Part shown: piece after piece, positions 52,714 through 62,373 of the stretch
How positions within the stretch are numbered: the stretch's first letter is position 1
How the letters are laid out: each line of letters opens with the position of its first letter
Origin: a virus
Lineage: Duplodnaviria > Caudoviricetes
Virus record (IMG/VR): IMGVR_UViG_3300028888_000001
DNA: 64,000 nucleotides
Strand: one strand, 5' to 3'
Made by a program: the position numbers and the translations under genes
Notes under the pieces: model-generated
Told to the model about the DNA's origin: nothing
Seen by the model: only the letters and a program-made list of their open reading frames with translations
Database searches by the model: none

Positions 52714-52993
52714 TGCGAAGGAATTTAACAATGATAGCACTCAGTCGCAATATAAATTTAAGAGTGAGTATATTGCAAAGCTATTCGACTATGCTATGAA
52801 TACCATGGAAGGCTATAATAATACGATAGATGGCTGGGTCAAACGTATTGAATCTGGAGAGATGAGCATTAAAGATACTCTATTACTTGCTATCAAGGTC
52901 GGATGGGGTTCTGCATTATGTGCAATGGACTGGTCTCTAGCAGAGGTTAAAAAGAAGGCCGCTAATAAAGAGGAGGAAACGTCAAATGAATGA
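52688..52993 (+). CDS. Hypothetical protein (101 aa), paralog of the next gene
   Basis: AAGGAGG RBS before ATG at 52688. Confidence 0.7.
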   Translation: MAEEKTTTDAKEFNNDSTQSQYKFKSEYIAKLFDYAMNTMEGYNNTIDGWVKRIESGEMSIKDTLLLAIKVGWGSALCAMDWSLAEVKKKAANKEEETSNE

Positions 52994-53231
52994 GTATAAA
53001 TTCAACAATCTGTTTCTTAAAAAGCTATACGATGATGCACCGGATTTAATAGCTAAGAGTGATGTTTTAAAGTCATTTATTTCTGAGGCTGAAGAGGATT
53101 TATCCAAGGGCGCTAACCTTAAAGACACATTGATGTCTGTTCTTATAGCTGGATACTGTGCAGCGTTTGTTAAATTGGATGCTGCATACGGTAATATTAC
53201 TAAAAATGACAAAGATCAAAGTGATAAATAA
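52986..53231 (+). CDS. Hypothetical protein (81 aa)
   Basis: GAGGAGG RBS. Confidence 0.7.
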   Translation: MNEYKFNNLFLKKLYDDAPDLIAKSDVLKSFISEAEEDLSKGANLKDTLMSVLIAGYCAAFVKLDAAYGNITKNDKDQSDK

Positions 53232-53299
53232 TTATATATAATATTATTGTAGCACTTAACTACCGCTACAATAATTTATTCAAAAGGAGAAACAAACAA

Positions 53300-53650
53300 A
53301 TGAAGAAAGAAATGTTTATTCTGGTAGACACTTTAAATGAATTTAGCAAAGAATTTGAAGGGTCTGACTACAAAACAGAAAAAGAAAACACTGTTGGAGA
53401 TTTTCCTGACGTAGATGAATACGATTTAGGATATGCTAACGGCTACACTAAAGCAGTCTATAAGACCGCTAAGATGATTGCGTTTGATGAGGTTGCAGAG
53501 TTTACAGAACTTATCTCTAATGAAGCTAGCCCGTTAGATGTAGTTACTGTAAATAGCAGCTTCAGCAGCAGCACAGATGAAACAGATGCGGAAGTGGATG
53601 ATGACGAAGAATATGAAGGAGAGCTTGATATCATAGAGGAGGACGATTAA
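53300..53650 (+). CDS. Acidic hypothetical protein (116 aa)
   Basis: AAGGAG RBS, upstream TATATAATA and a 5' hairpin. Confidence 0.7.
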   Translation: MKKEMFILVDTLNEFSKEFEGSDYKTEKENTVGDFPDVDEYDLGYANGYTKAVYKTAKMIAFDEVAEFTELISNEASPLDVVTVNSSFSSSTDETDAEVDDDEEYEGELDIIEEDD

Positions 53651-53651
53651 T

Positions 53652-54095
53652 ATGGCAGCGAAAGTAAAAATGTATGATGTCGTCAATCCAGATGCTGATA
53701 TCGAGTACGATAAAAAAGTTCAAGAGAAGAGTCCTGAACTGAAATATTATCTTATCTGTATCGCAGCAAAATTTGGTTATGGCGACGATATGTGGAATAT
53801 TGTCCAAGGTAGATCAGAAGCTTACAACTATATCATCGAGAATATCGAGATGATTAATCTTGATGATAGCTTTATTTTGGTTGAGGGCTTAGGTTTAGAG
53901 CACCGTAAATCAATATACGCATTCTGTAAGTATGCACAGCAGTTCTTCGAGAATGCGTTTGATATCGATGACTATATTAAAGGCGACTGGGATGAAAGGG
54001 ATTACCAGCTTAGGAATAATATAGATCCCACGTTTAATAGCACACAAAAAGTATCAATGCAAGATATTATGAATGGAACCACTTCATTTGATTAA
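53652..54095 (+). CDS. Hypothetical protein (147 aa)
   Basis: GGAGG RBS. Confidence 0.75.
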   Translation: MAAKVKMYDVVNPDADIEYDKKVQEKSPELKYYLICIAAKFGYGDDMWNIVQGRSEAYNYIIENIEMINLDDSFILVEGLGLEHRKSIYAFCKYAQQFFENAFDIDDYIKGDWDERDYQLRNNIDPTFNSTQKVSMQDIMNGTTSFD

Positions 54096-54111
54096 TAGGG
54101 GGGTGATTTAG

Positions 54112-54597
54112 TTGGCTCAGAAACAACGAATGTCGTATTTCGGAGAAATACGACAGCGTTATAATGATCCAGGATTCTTCAATAACAACGGAAATAGACC
54201 TGACGTTATTGATGACATCAGAAGAAACGTCCGTAGAATTATTAAAGACGTAGCCAATGGTAACATAGTACAAGAAGATTATATGTATTTTCAATCAGCT
54301 ATATTGCTGAATATATGTATGGAAGTATGCAATGAAAACATTAGCATGCTTAATACAGAAACAACAGCGCTGACTTATTATATCAATTCTGTACTCATGA
54401 GAAACTTCCAGCCAAATTATGTAAATGGCCAATCAGAGCATACAAATGCAGCAAAATTGTATGCAGAGGCATCTACTAAACTTGGAATTTGGGTGGCAGC
54501 TAAAAATTGTTTTGAGGGAATCATGAGAGGTTATGATGCATTTCAGTCTCTTGCTCCTCTGATTCAATTGAAGCCACAGATAAATTCAAATCTTTAA
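54112..54597 (+). CDS. Hypothetical protein (161 aa)
   Basis: TTG start with GGGGG RBS. Confidence 0.7.
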   Translation: MAQKQRMSYFGEIRQRYNDPGFFNNNGNRPDVIDDIRRNVRRIIKDVANGNIVQEDYMYFQSAILLNICMEVCNENISMLNTETTALTYYINSVLMRNFQPNYVNGQSEHTNAAKLYAEASTKLGIWVAAKNCFEGIMRGYDAFQSLAPLIQLKPQINSNL

Positions 54598-54680
54598 TGC
54601 TCTTGACATGATAGTAATTTCTAGCTCTGGGAATACAATGTTCCCAGAGCAGCTTTACTAACATATGAAAGGAGCATATT

Positions 54681-55313
54681 ATGGATAGCATAGAACGAAT
54701 CATACAGATGAGAACAGCACTTAAGGGTGATAAAAATATCCCACTGCTGGCTCATTGTGAAACCGGTAACGTTGTCATTTCAGAGATGAATGCTCTGTCA
54801 TTCACAAAATGGGATGACACAAACGGAATACTATATTCTTTTAGACTAAAAAATTTAACAAATACAGTTTCTCCATCTAATCTTTCTAATGAAATTGAAG
54901 TAATTGGAGTACCATATGATCATTTAAGTACTCTAGAAACAATTCATATGACATTAGATGATCTAGATGGCGTATTCACATCGATGGAATCTACAGGTAT
55001 TGAATTTAAATCTGGATTTAAAGACTCCATCAAGTACGTATTCAAAGAAGCTCTACATCCAGATCGCTGGTCGTTAAATCAGTCTGATATTAACGCTATG
55101 CATGGTGTAGAAATTCTTAATACTAAGAACGATTATTATAGAGGCAGATTCGCCGAGCCGTTTAAAGAGACTAGGGAGAAAGCCGAATATAATAAAGCGA
55201 TCGAGAATAAGAGGGCTGCTGGAGAAGATCCGACTAAAGATAAAGTTCCATTATCAGAAAGAGTCAAGTCTCCAGTCAATCATCCAAATGGAGATGGATC
55301 AGCAAATGGTTAA
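54681..55313 (+). CDS. Hypothetical protein (210 aa)
   Basis: AAAGGAG RBS. Late-promoter motif at 54605-54618. Confidence 0.75.
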   Translation: MDSIERIIQMRTALKGDKNIPLLAHCETGNVVISEMNALSFTKWDDTNGILYSFRLKNLTNTVSPSNLSNEIEVIGVPYDHLSTLETIHMTLDDLDGVFTSMESTGIEFKSGFKDSIKYVFKEALHPDRWSLNQSDINAMHGVEILNTKNDYYRGRFAEPFKETREKAEYNKAIENKRAAGEDPTKDKVPLSERVKSPVNHPNGDGSANG

Positions 55314-55353
55314 AAATTATATTTTTACAGCTGATCAAACAAAAATATAATCG

Positions 55354-55362
55354 TATATTATA
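55354..55362 (+). promoter_or_regulatory. Putative early promoter TATATTATA
   Basis: Exact motif, followed by the GCAA-loop hairpin tattagagtaggc / gcctattctaata. Confidence 0.5.
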
Positions 55363-55433
55363 TATTAGAGTAGGCGCAAGCCTATTCTAATATATATTAT
55401 CCATATTCATATATATTTAAGGAGGAGAAAATA

Positions 55434-56450
55434 ATGGATATGAATCAACAGGCTTATTATGGAAACCCCTATCAGCAGCAGCCGTTTGGATTTGGCGGTT
55501 ATTATTATGATCCGTCTAATCCATATTTAAATGGAGGTTTTCAGTCACAGCCAATGTATTTTAACAATCAGCAGATGCCTCAGATGAGCTCTTCTCTTAC
55601 GGATGAAGAGATCCAGAGGCTTAGACAAGAACGTCCTGGAAGCAACGTGCTCAATCTTAGCATTGATCCGAATACTGTGTTGAGGTCTATGTGCAATCAC
55701 CGCGATAAGGGACAGGATGTTGTTCAAATCAAATCAGACGGCTCCGGTGAAGTGTATTGCCCGATCTGTGGTAATTCCTGGAGCATGGAAGAGATGACCA
55801 AAGAAGAACTGCAAGAACTTGTACAGAAATTGATAGCTCAGATGCAGATTGCAAAATGGGCTGGAAATATTCCCAATAATGTATTAAGGGATTATTTCAC
55901 AATTATGCCGCTTCTAGAAAAATTCCCGGATCTCTGGGAGTATTCTATGAAGAACTTTAACAAGATGATGAGTGCGAACGGCATGTATTATGCTACAGAT
56001 GCTATGCCATATGCACAGTATAACGCCATGTTCCCGGGCGGATCAATGGCATACAATGTGACTGCAAATCCGTATCAGCAGGCTTATTATAATCAGCCCA
56101 TGCAGCAGCAGACGGTGCAGTTTAATACTCCTTATCAGCCCAATATGAATATGGGTCAGATGCCAGTAAATGGACAGGCAGCTAATCCGGCTGTAAATCC
56201 GATGCAGGCTCAGGGATTCAATCAACCATTCAATCCTCAGTTCGCAAATCAACAGAACATGATGATGTATAATCAGCAGATGATGCAGCCAAACATGTAT
56301 CAGCAGCCGTATATGAATCAACCCAATGCTGGCCAGACCTATCAGCCGAATTTTGGAGTAGCTCAGCCTCAGCAGCAGGCAGCGCAACAGCAGCCCACTC
56401 AGCAGCAACAGGCAGCTCCGGTAACGACTGAAACAAAGGTAGAGCTTTAA
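55434..56450 (+). CDS. Q/N/Y/M/P-rich low-complexity protein with a central Zn ribbon
   Basis: CNH...YCPICG flanked by prion-like N- and C-terminal tails. AAGGAGG RBS. Confidence 0.8.
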   Translation: MDMNQQAYYGNPYQQQPFGFGGYYYDPSNPYLNGGFQSQPMYFNNQQMPQMSSSLTDEEIQRLRQERPGSNVLNLSIDPNTVLRSMCNHRDKGQDVVQIKSDGSGEVYCPICGNSWSMEEMTKEELQELVQKLIAQMQIAKWAGNIPNNVLRDYFTIMPLLEKFPDLWEYSMKNFNKMMSANGMYYATDAMPYAQYNAMFPGGSMAYNVTANPYQQAYYNQPMQQQTVQFNTPYQPNMNMGQMPVNGQAANPAVNPMQAQGFNQPFNPQFANQQNMMMYNQQMMQPNMYQQPYMNQPNAGQTYQPNFGVAQPQQQAAQQQPTQQQQAAPVTTETKVEL

Positions 56451-56485
56451 AGAAAATAAGATAACTATATAACAACTAATTAGGG

Positions 56486-56509
56486 GCCCATGGGAGAAGT
56501 CCCATGGGC
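56486..56509 (+). terminator. Rho-independent terminator
   Basis: gcccatggga-gaag-tcccatgggc-ttt. Confidence 0.75.
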
Positions 56510-56585
56510 TTTAAAGTTGTTTTAATTAATTTTTAAACTCATATTTAACCATAGGAGTAAATCTTATTTAGGAGGTTTAAAATGA

Positions 56586-57869
56586 ATGGCTAAAGATGAA
56601 AAAATAAATAAACAAGCAGAAATTAAAGTTATTCAAGATCCAGTAGAAGCTGTTAGAAAACTTCCGGATGTCTACTTGGGGTCCCTGGGTGGACCCGGAT
56701 TCCTTAACATGTACCGAGAAATTGTACAAAACTCATTGGATGAAATTGTCAAAGGCAATACTCTTGACAAAAACATTATCATTAGTTACGATGCTAGAAA
56801 TCATACTGTAATTGTAGAAGATAATGGTCAAGGTATAGATTTAAATATGCTTATACCAGTATTTTCTATATTACATTCTTCAAGCAATTATGACAAAAAA
56901 GAAGGTAGCGGTAACTACAGTAGCGGTAAAAACGGTATGGGTGCTACAATTACAAACTTCTTATCGAAGTTCTTTGTAGTCGAATCATATCGTATGGATG
57001 GCACTGCTGCTAAAGTAGAATTTGAAGAAGGTCGTATAAATTCCAAAGGTTTACAGAAAATAAAGAAACCACCAGTTGGAAAACACGGTCTTATAACTAG
57101 CTTTGCTCCATCTGAAATGATGGGAGATATTGATGTCACAGATATTCAGATAGAAGAACTTACTTGGAAACTGTGTCATTTGTCTTCTATAGGAACAAAA
57201 ATAACTCTAAATATGATTACTCCTACAGGAATGAAGAGAAAATCTATTATAGAGAATAAGCATGGTATCTTTGATATGCTTCCTGGAATATGCGAGAAGC
57301 CATTATTCGATCCTATTTATTACGCGATTGATAATGGCACTATGGCTGTAGAGTGTTTACTTACATACGATCTTAAGAATATGGATGACCCAGAAATTTT
57401 ATCATTTGCTAATATGTGCCCTACCATTTCAGGTACACATGTAGATGGTTTCTTAGACGGATTAATTAAATATTTTAGAGATTATATGAACAAAATCTAT
57501 CTAGCAAATAATAATAAACTTCAAGTCAATGCCCAAGATATACGTACAGGTCTTAGAGCTATAGTTAATATAAAACATCTGTATCCGCTGTTCACAGGTC
57601 AATCGAAAGGTATCTTCTCAAAGGAGGATATCAAACCTTTCATTAATGCTGAGACTACAGAAGCATTAAATGAATGGACTAAGAAAGCTCCTGGAGATTT
57701 ACAGAAAGTAAGCAAATATTTTAAAGATGTTTGTGAAATCAGGATGAAGCAAGATGGCCAAAAGATCAAAATGCAGGGTTCATATATTCAATCAGCTATA
57801 TCTGATTTACCTGCAAAATATAAGAAACCAAATGGTCATAAAGATATAGAGGTAATAATTTGCGAGGGT
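56586..57869 (+). CDS. gyrB: DNA gyrase/topoisomerase II subunit B, exon 1 (GHKL ATPase and transducer). Spliced product 770 aa from 5 exons.
   Basis: EAVRK.P..Y.G, EIVQNSLDE, VEDNG.GI, SGKNGMG, GTHVDGF, FTGQSK; ends IICEG. Confidence 0.93.
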
Positions 57870-59510
57870 TAAGCGATAGCCCATTCACTATAGTGATATA
57901 GTGTCTAAATCTTTTTGAATTGCTGGAAAAGGCTAAAGCTTTCATGCCTATTATATAGGAGATGAAAATCAGAAACAAGTTGAGAGATGGCTCATGGTGA
58001 AATAAAAGCTCGAAAGAGTCCTAAAAGCTATAAACAATGTCTAATCAGCAGCTAAGTAATTTTATATGCCATTATCTCTTTTAAAGAAATGGAGATAAGT
58101 ATGAATTTAAAGCATGATGTGCAAGTAGGCGATACTTTTAGTACTAATGCATATGGCGAAATTAAAATTTTAGAAGATCTTGGCTTTGAATCTTTTGAAG
58201 ATAGAAGGCATAGATACAAAATACAATTTTTAAAAACTAGCCATATCAGAATTGCTAGAAGGGATGCAATCATAGCCGGAGAGGTAAAAGATCTTGTACC
58301 AGATATTAATTTTGAATTAATTAGAGACTCTTATAAATGCGGAAAGTATCAAATCATAGAATACATGGGGTTAATAAATGCAAGGCAGTATGTAAAAATA
58401 GTATTTTTAGATTCCACTGCAGAATCTATAGTATTACTTTCTACAGCCGAATCAGGAAAAGTGCACGATCCCATGTTTGGGTTTAATCCAAACAAAATAT
58501 TTCAATCAAATAAATCAGGCCCATTTAAGATGATTGATTATTTGGGTAAGGTTAAAGGGCATGCATTTGTAACTATATTATTCTTGAACACAGGAACGAT
58601 TAGAGATGTACAAATGTATAACGCTCTAGATGGAAAAGTATCAGATCCAGCATTAAATAGAAAAATTAGTGACGATTTTTCTATTGACAGATTTGATAAT
58701 TATGAACTTTACTTAAATAAGAAACTTAAAAGCGTACATGATAAAATGATTAAAAGATGTTATAATACTAATATCCCAGAATATCAGTATTATGGCTTGC
58801 TTTGAATTAAAGTATGTGATAGATGGTTAGAGAGTTTTGACAACTTTTTAGAAGATGCAAAACGACTACCTGGTTATGATAAATACTATAATAGACCCTA
58901 TTTATATGAACTTGATAAGGATTACTTGCAATTTAATATTCCTAAAAAGTTAAGAGTTTATTCTCCTACGACTTGTATGTTTTTATATAAACAGGATAAT
59001 ATTAACTTAAAGAGTATTGAATATAAGAGAGAACATAATCCAGGAGCATTATTTGGAGTTTCTATTAATTCAGCTGGAAATTATCAAGCTAGTATAGTAG
59101 TACAAGGAAACTATGTATATCTTGGAGTCTATGATAATATCATAGCAGCTGCAAATATGTTTAATATGGCATTTGATTGGTATCACGACTATGAATTAGT
59201 CGCTTTACATAACGATGTTCCAGTCATGGATTTAAATGAAATAAATAGCCATAGAATAAATGCCAAATAATTATATCATATTACAGAAAAGAATAATGGC
59301 ATATAAAATTAAAAGTTCAACGACTATCCCCTATATGGGACGTGAAATTCGTCTACAGGAGTACGGCTCAAGCGAGTGGGTGAGAATCCCTTAAATGGAA
59401 GTTGAAAGACACCCTAGAAATAGGGTGATGATATAGTCTAAACTTCTAGAGAAATACTAGAGAAGTTCATAAGAGAACTGCAGAGCGTAGCGAACTCTGT
59501 GAATAAACTG
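57870..59510 (+). mobile_element. Group I intron 1 of gyrB (1641 nt) carrying a disrupted HNH-AP2 endonuclease
   Basis: P1 GGGU|UA...UAGCCC, gaattgctgg, aatcagcagc, gttcaacgacta, gatatagtc, terminal G. Splicing joins EG|DSA. Confidence 0.92.
58101..59270 (+). pseudogene. Intron-encoded HNH-type homing endonuclease with C-terminal AP2 domain, interrupted by an in-frame TGA at 58803-58805
   Basis: MIKRCYN..YYGLL*IKVCDRW..FDNF..ELDKD..YSPTTC continues in the same frame into FGVS...YQASI...YLG.Y...AA (AP2-like). Confidence 0.8.
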
Positions 59511-59744
59511 GATTCAGCCGCAGCAGGATTCGAAAATAATAGAGATAAAATGCATCAGGGCATTATGCCCCTCAGAGGTAAAATTCTTAATGCAATTATG
59601 ACACCGCCAAAGAAATTCTTTGAGAATGAAGAGATTAGCGGTCTATTCTCTATATTTGGATATAAAAATTTCTCAAGCAAATTTGATCCAGAAAAGTTCA
59701 AACCATCTAAAATCATCATAGCAACGGACGCTGATGCAGACGGT
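59511..59744 (+). CDS. gyrB: gyrB exon 2 (DSAAAG...PLRGKILN...IIIATDADADG)
   Basis: Toprim motifs; 234 nt, phase 0. Confidence 0.93.
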
Positions 59745-60968
59745 TACCTGAGAGTTACAGTAGCCGCATCATTGTGGTGACACAGTGTTGAATAATTCTT
59801 TCTAATTGCTGGGAAGTGCTAAAGCCTTCTTGCCTATAGGGAGCTGAAAAGCAGAAATAAGTAGAAGGATGATCTATGGTGAAATAAAAGCTAATATACT
59901 TTACTGAACTTTTGTATATTGGTCCTAAGGATCGTTAACAATGTACAATCAGCAGCTAAGTAAAATTTTATAATATTTATTTCATGAGGAGTATAATACA
60001 TGCCAACTAATTGGGTAGGCTATACATTCATGAATATAGAAAATCAACCAGTTACAGTAATAGAAGATTTAGGCTATTCAAGTGCTTCTGGAGAGCATAA
60101 AGTTATAGTCAGATTTGATATTACTGGAAATACTAAAGAAGTATTTGTAAACAACGTAAGAACTGGCAAAGTTAAAGATCCAATGCGCGGTATTAGGCTA
60201 TTTGAATGGCGCCATAGCAATGGATTTGGAGATTTCATGATCATTGAAGATATGGGGATGATACAACAGAATAATCGTCCGATACATATGGTTAAATGCC
60301 AATGGAAGGATACTGGTTCTGTGTCTATATATCGATTTGATCATGCAGTAGAAGGAAGCATTAAAGATTGGTATAAACCGATACTATTTGGCATAGCTTA
60401 TCATGGAGAAGTGGATTGTTTTGAAGAGCCGTGGGCTTATCAAGAATGGAAACATATGCTTCAACGATGCTATGATAAAAATGATACTCATTATTCATCA
60501 TATGGTGGTAAGAACGTTTATGTTGATAATAGATGGTTAAACTATGCTAATTTTGTGAAAGATATAAAGTATTTAGAAAATTATGATAAGAAATTAGCAT
60601 TTCCATCTGAGTTTGAAATTGACAAAGATTTCTTGCAACGTCATGTTCCAGATAATGTACCTAAGGTTTATTCTCCAGAAACTTGTATGTTTATACACAG
60701 AAGTTTAAATAACTATCTTAGGTATAATAGCTCGTCGACACCAATCGATAGACAATATTTAGTACCAATGATTAATTTAGTATAAAAAATAAATATTATA
60801 AAATTTTAAAAGTTCAACGACTATCTCAAAAGAGAGTAGAGCTCAAGCGAGCTCAAAATGGAGAACGCTCCTATAATATAGGGCGGTGATATAGTCTCGG
60901 CTTCTAGGCAACACCTAGAGAAGTTCATAAGAGAACTGCATAGCGTAGCGAACTATGTGAAGGCATCG
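59745..60968 (+). mobile_element. Group I intron 2 of gyrB (1224 nt) with intact endonuclease ORF
   Basis: P1 CGGU|UAC...GUAGCCG, conserved P/Q/R/S elements, terminal G. Splicing joins DADG|KHI. Confidence 0.92.
60000..60785 (+). CDS. Intron-encoded HNH-type homing endonuclease
   Basis: WKHMLQRCY..YGG..V.V..RW..Y.NF..EIDKD..YSPETC..N. GAGGAG RBS. Confidence 0.8.
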   Translation: MPTNWVGYTFMNIENQPVTVIEDLGYSSASGEHKVIVRFDITGNTKEVFVNNVRTGKVKDPMRGIRLFEWRHSNGFGDFMIIEDMGMIQQNNRPIHMVKCQWKDTGSVSIYRFDHAVEGSIKDWYKPILFGIAYHGEVDCFEEPWAYQEWKHMLQRCYDKNDTHYSSYGGKNVYVDNRWLNYANFVKDIKYLENYDKKLAFPSEFEIDKDFLQRHVPDNVPKVYSPETCMFIHRSLNNYLRYNSSSTPIDRQYLVPMINLV

Positions 60969-61034
60969 AAGCACATTCAAAGTCTGTTGCTAATCATGTT
61001 TTTAAAATATCTACCGTTCGTCGTAGAGCAAGGT
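60969..61034 (+). CDS. gyrB: gyrB exon 3, 66-nt micro-exon KHIQSLLLIMFLKYLPFVVEQG
   Basis: Matches the GyrB segment xHI.xLLL.FF.xY...L.E.G. Not in the ORF track. Confidence 0.9.
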
Positions 61035-61400
61035 TAATTAAAATAGCCTATTCATTATGGTAACATAGTGTCTATTACTCTTTTTAATTGCTGGGAAACG
61101 CTAAGAGCCTCTATGCCTATAAGGAGCGAAAGCAGAAACAAGTTAGAGGATGATCTATGCTGAAATAAAAGCCAATTTAATTGGTGCTAAGGATCGTTAA
61201 CAATGTATAATCAGCATCCAAGCTATACATTAGTATAGAAGGTTCAACGACTATCTCAAAAGAGAGTAGGGCTCAAGCGAGTTCAAAATGGAAGAGCATC
61301 CTATGTAGTATAGGATGAAGATATAGTCTCGACTTCTAGGTAGCACCTAGAGAAGTTCATAAGAGAACTGCATAGCATAGCGAACTATGTGAAGATTTCG
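61035..61400 (+). mobile_element. Group I intron 3 of gyrB (366 nt, no ORF)
   Basis: P1 AGGU|UA...UAGCCU, conserved P/Q/R/S elements, terminal G. Splicing joins EQG|KLFIANPPLY. Confidence 0.92.
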
Positions 61401-61955
61401 AAATTATTTATTGCTAATCCGCCCTTATATGGGCTTAAAATTGGTAAGGATAAATATAAATTCTTTGCCGATAATATAGACTATGTAGATTATGTGAGAA
61501 ATATTTTCTGTAAAGATAATGTCATAGCAAATGATAAGAAAAAAGTATTAAGCAAATCTGAGATTGTAAAAATACTATATAGCAATATTGATTATCTTAA
61601 ATACATGCGTCACGTTTCTGGTATATTTGCTATAGACATAGAATTTCTAGAGTTTTTGCTATACAATAAAGATCTTGCATATAATAAATTTAAAACGACC
61701 GTAGAGAAAGTATATCCATTCGTTAAGGTTACTAAAGAGAATGGCATTACTATGCTTCATGGGTTGGTTGGATCTTTATATCAAACAGTTTTCTTTAACG
61801 ATAGATTGCTGTTTGAGTGTAAACCTATTATAGACTTGATTGAAAGATCTTGTAAATATTATTACATAAACGGAAAACGAACTACATTATATGGCTTAAT
61901 GAACGCATTTAATCAATGTGAGCCTTCAGGAATTAGTAGATATAAAGGACTGGGT
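61401..61955 (+). CDS. gyrB: gyrB exon 4 (KLFIANPPLY...SRYKGLG)
   Basis: PPLY and RYKGLG motifs; 555 nt, phase 0. Confidence 0.92.
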
Positions 61956-62373
61956 AAATTTTGCCCATTCATCGTGGTAACACGGTGTCTAAATCTCTTT
62001 TGAATTGCTGGGAAGTGCTAAAGCTCTCATGCCTATAAGGAATCGAAAGATAGAAACAAGTTGAGAGATAGTCTATGGTGAAATAAAAGCTAATACTTTA
62101 GGCAGAAGTATTAGTCCTAAGGATTGCTAGCAATGTACAATCAGCATCCAAGCTATACATTAGTATAGAAGGTTCAACGACTATCCCCTATATGGTGCGT
62201 GAAAATCGTATACAGGAGTACGGCTCAAGCGAGTGGGTGAGAATCCCTTAAATGGAAGTGGAAGAGCAACCTTTACTATCAAAAGGTTGATGATATAGTC
62301 TCGACTTCTAGGTGACACTTAGAGAAGTTCATAAGAGAACTACATAGCGTAGCGAACTATGTGAAGATAATCG
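61956..62373 (+). mobile_element. Group I intron 4 of gyrB (418 nt, no ORF)
   Basis: P1 UGGGU|AA...UUGCCCA, conserved P/Q/R/S elements, terminal G. Splicing joins YKGLG|EM. Confidence 0.92.

Noticed and set aside
58803-58805. Genome-wide TGA recoding (Gly/Trp)
   Set aside because: TGA ends well-formed genes (6340, 10823) followed by terminators or promoters, and other long genes have no internal TGA or TAG.
59499-62003. Track ORFs 59499-59780 and 61389-62003 as independent split-gyrase subunits, or inteins
   Set aside because: Their GTG starts and tails lie inside intron sequence, there is no RBS and no intein motifs, and splicing explains them exactly.
59440-62365. Near-identical ~50-nt repeats as a CRISPR or other repeat array
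   Set aside because: Irregular kb-scale spacing; they are the 3' domains of the four group I introns.
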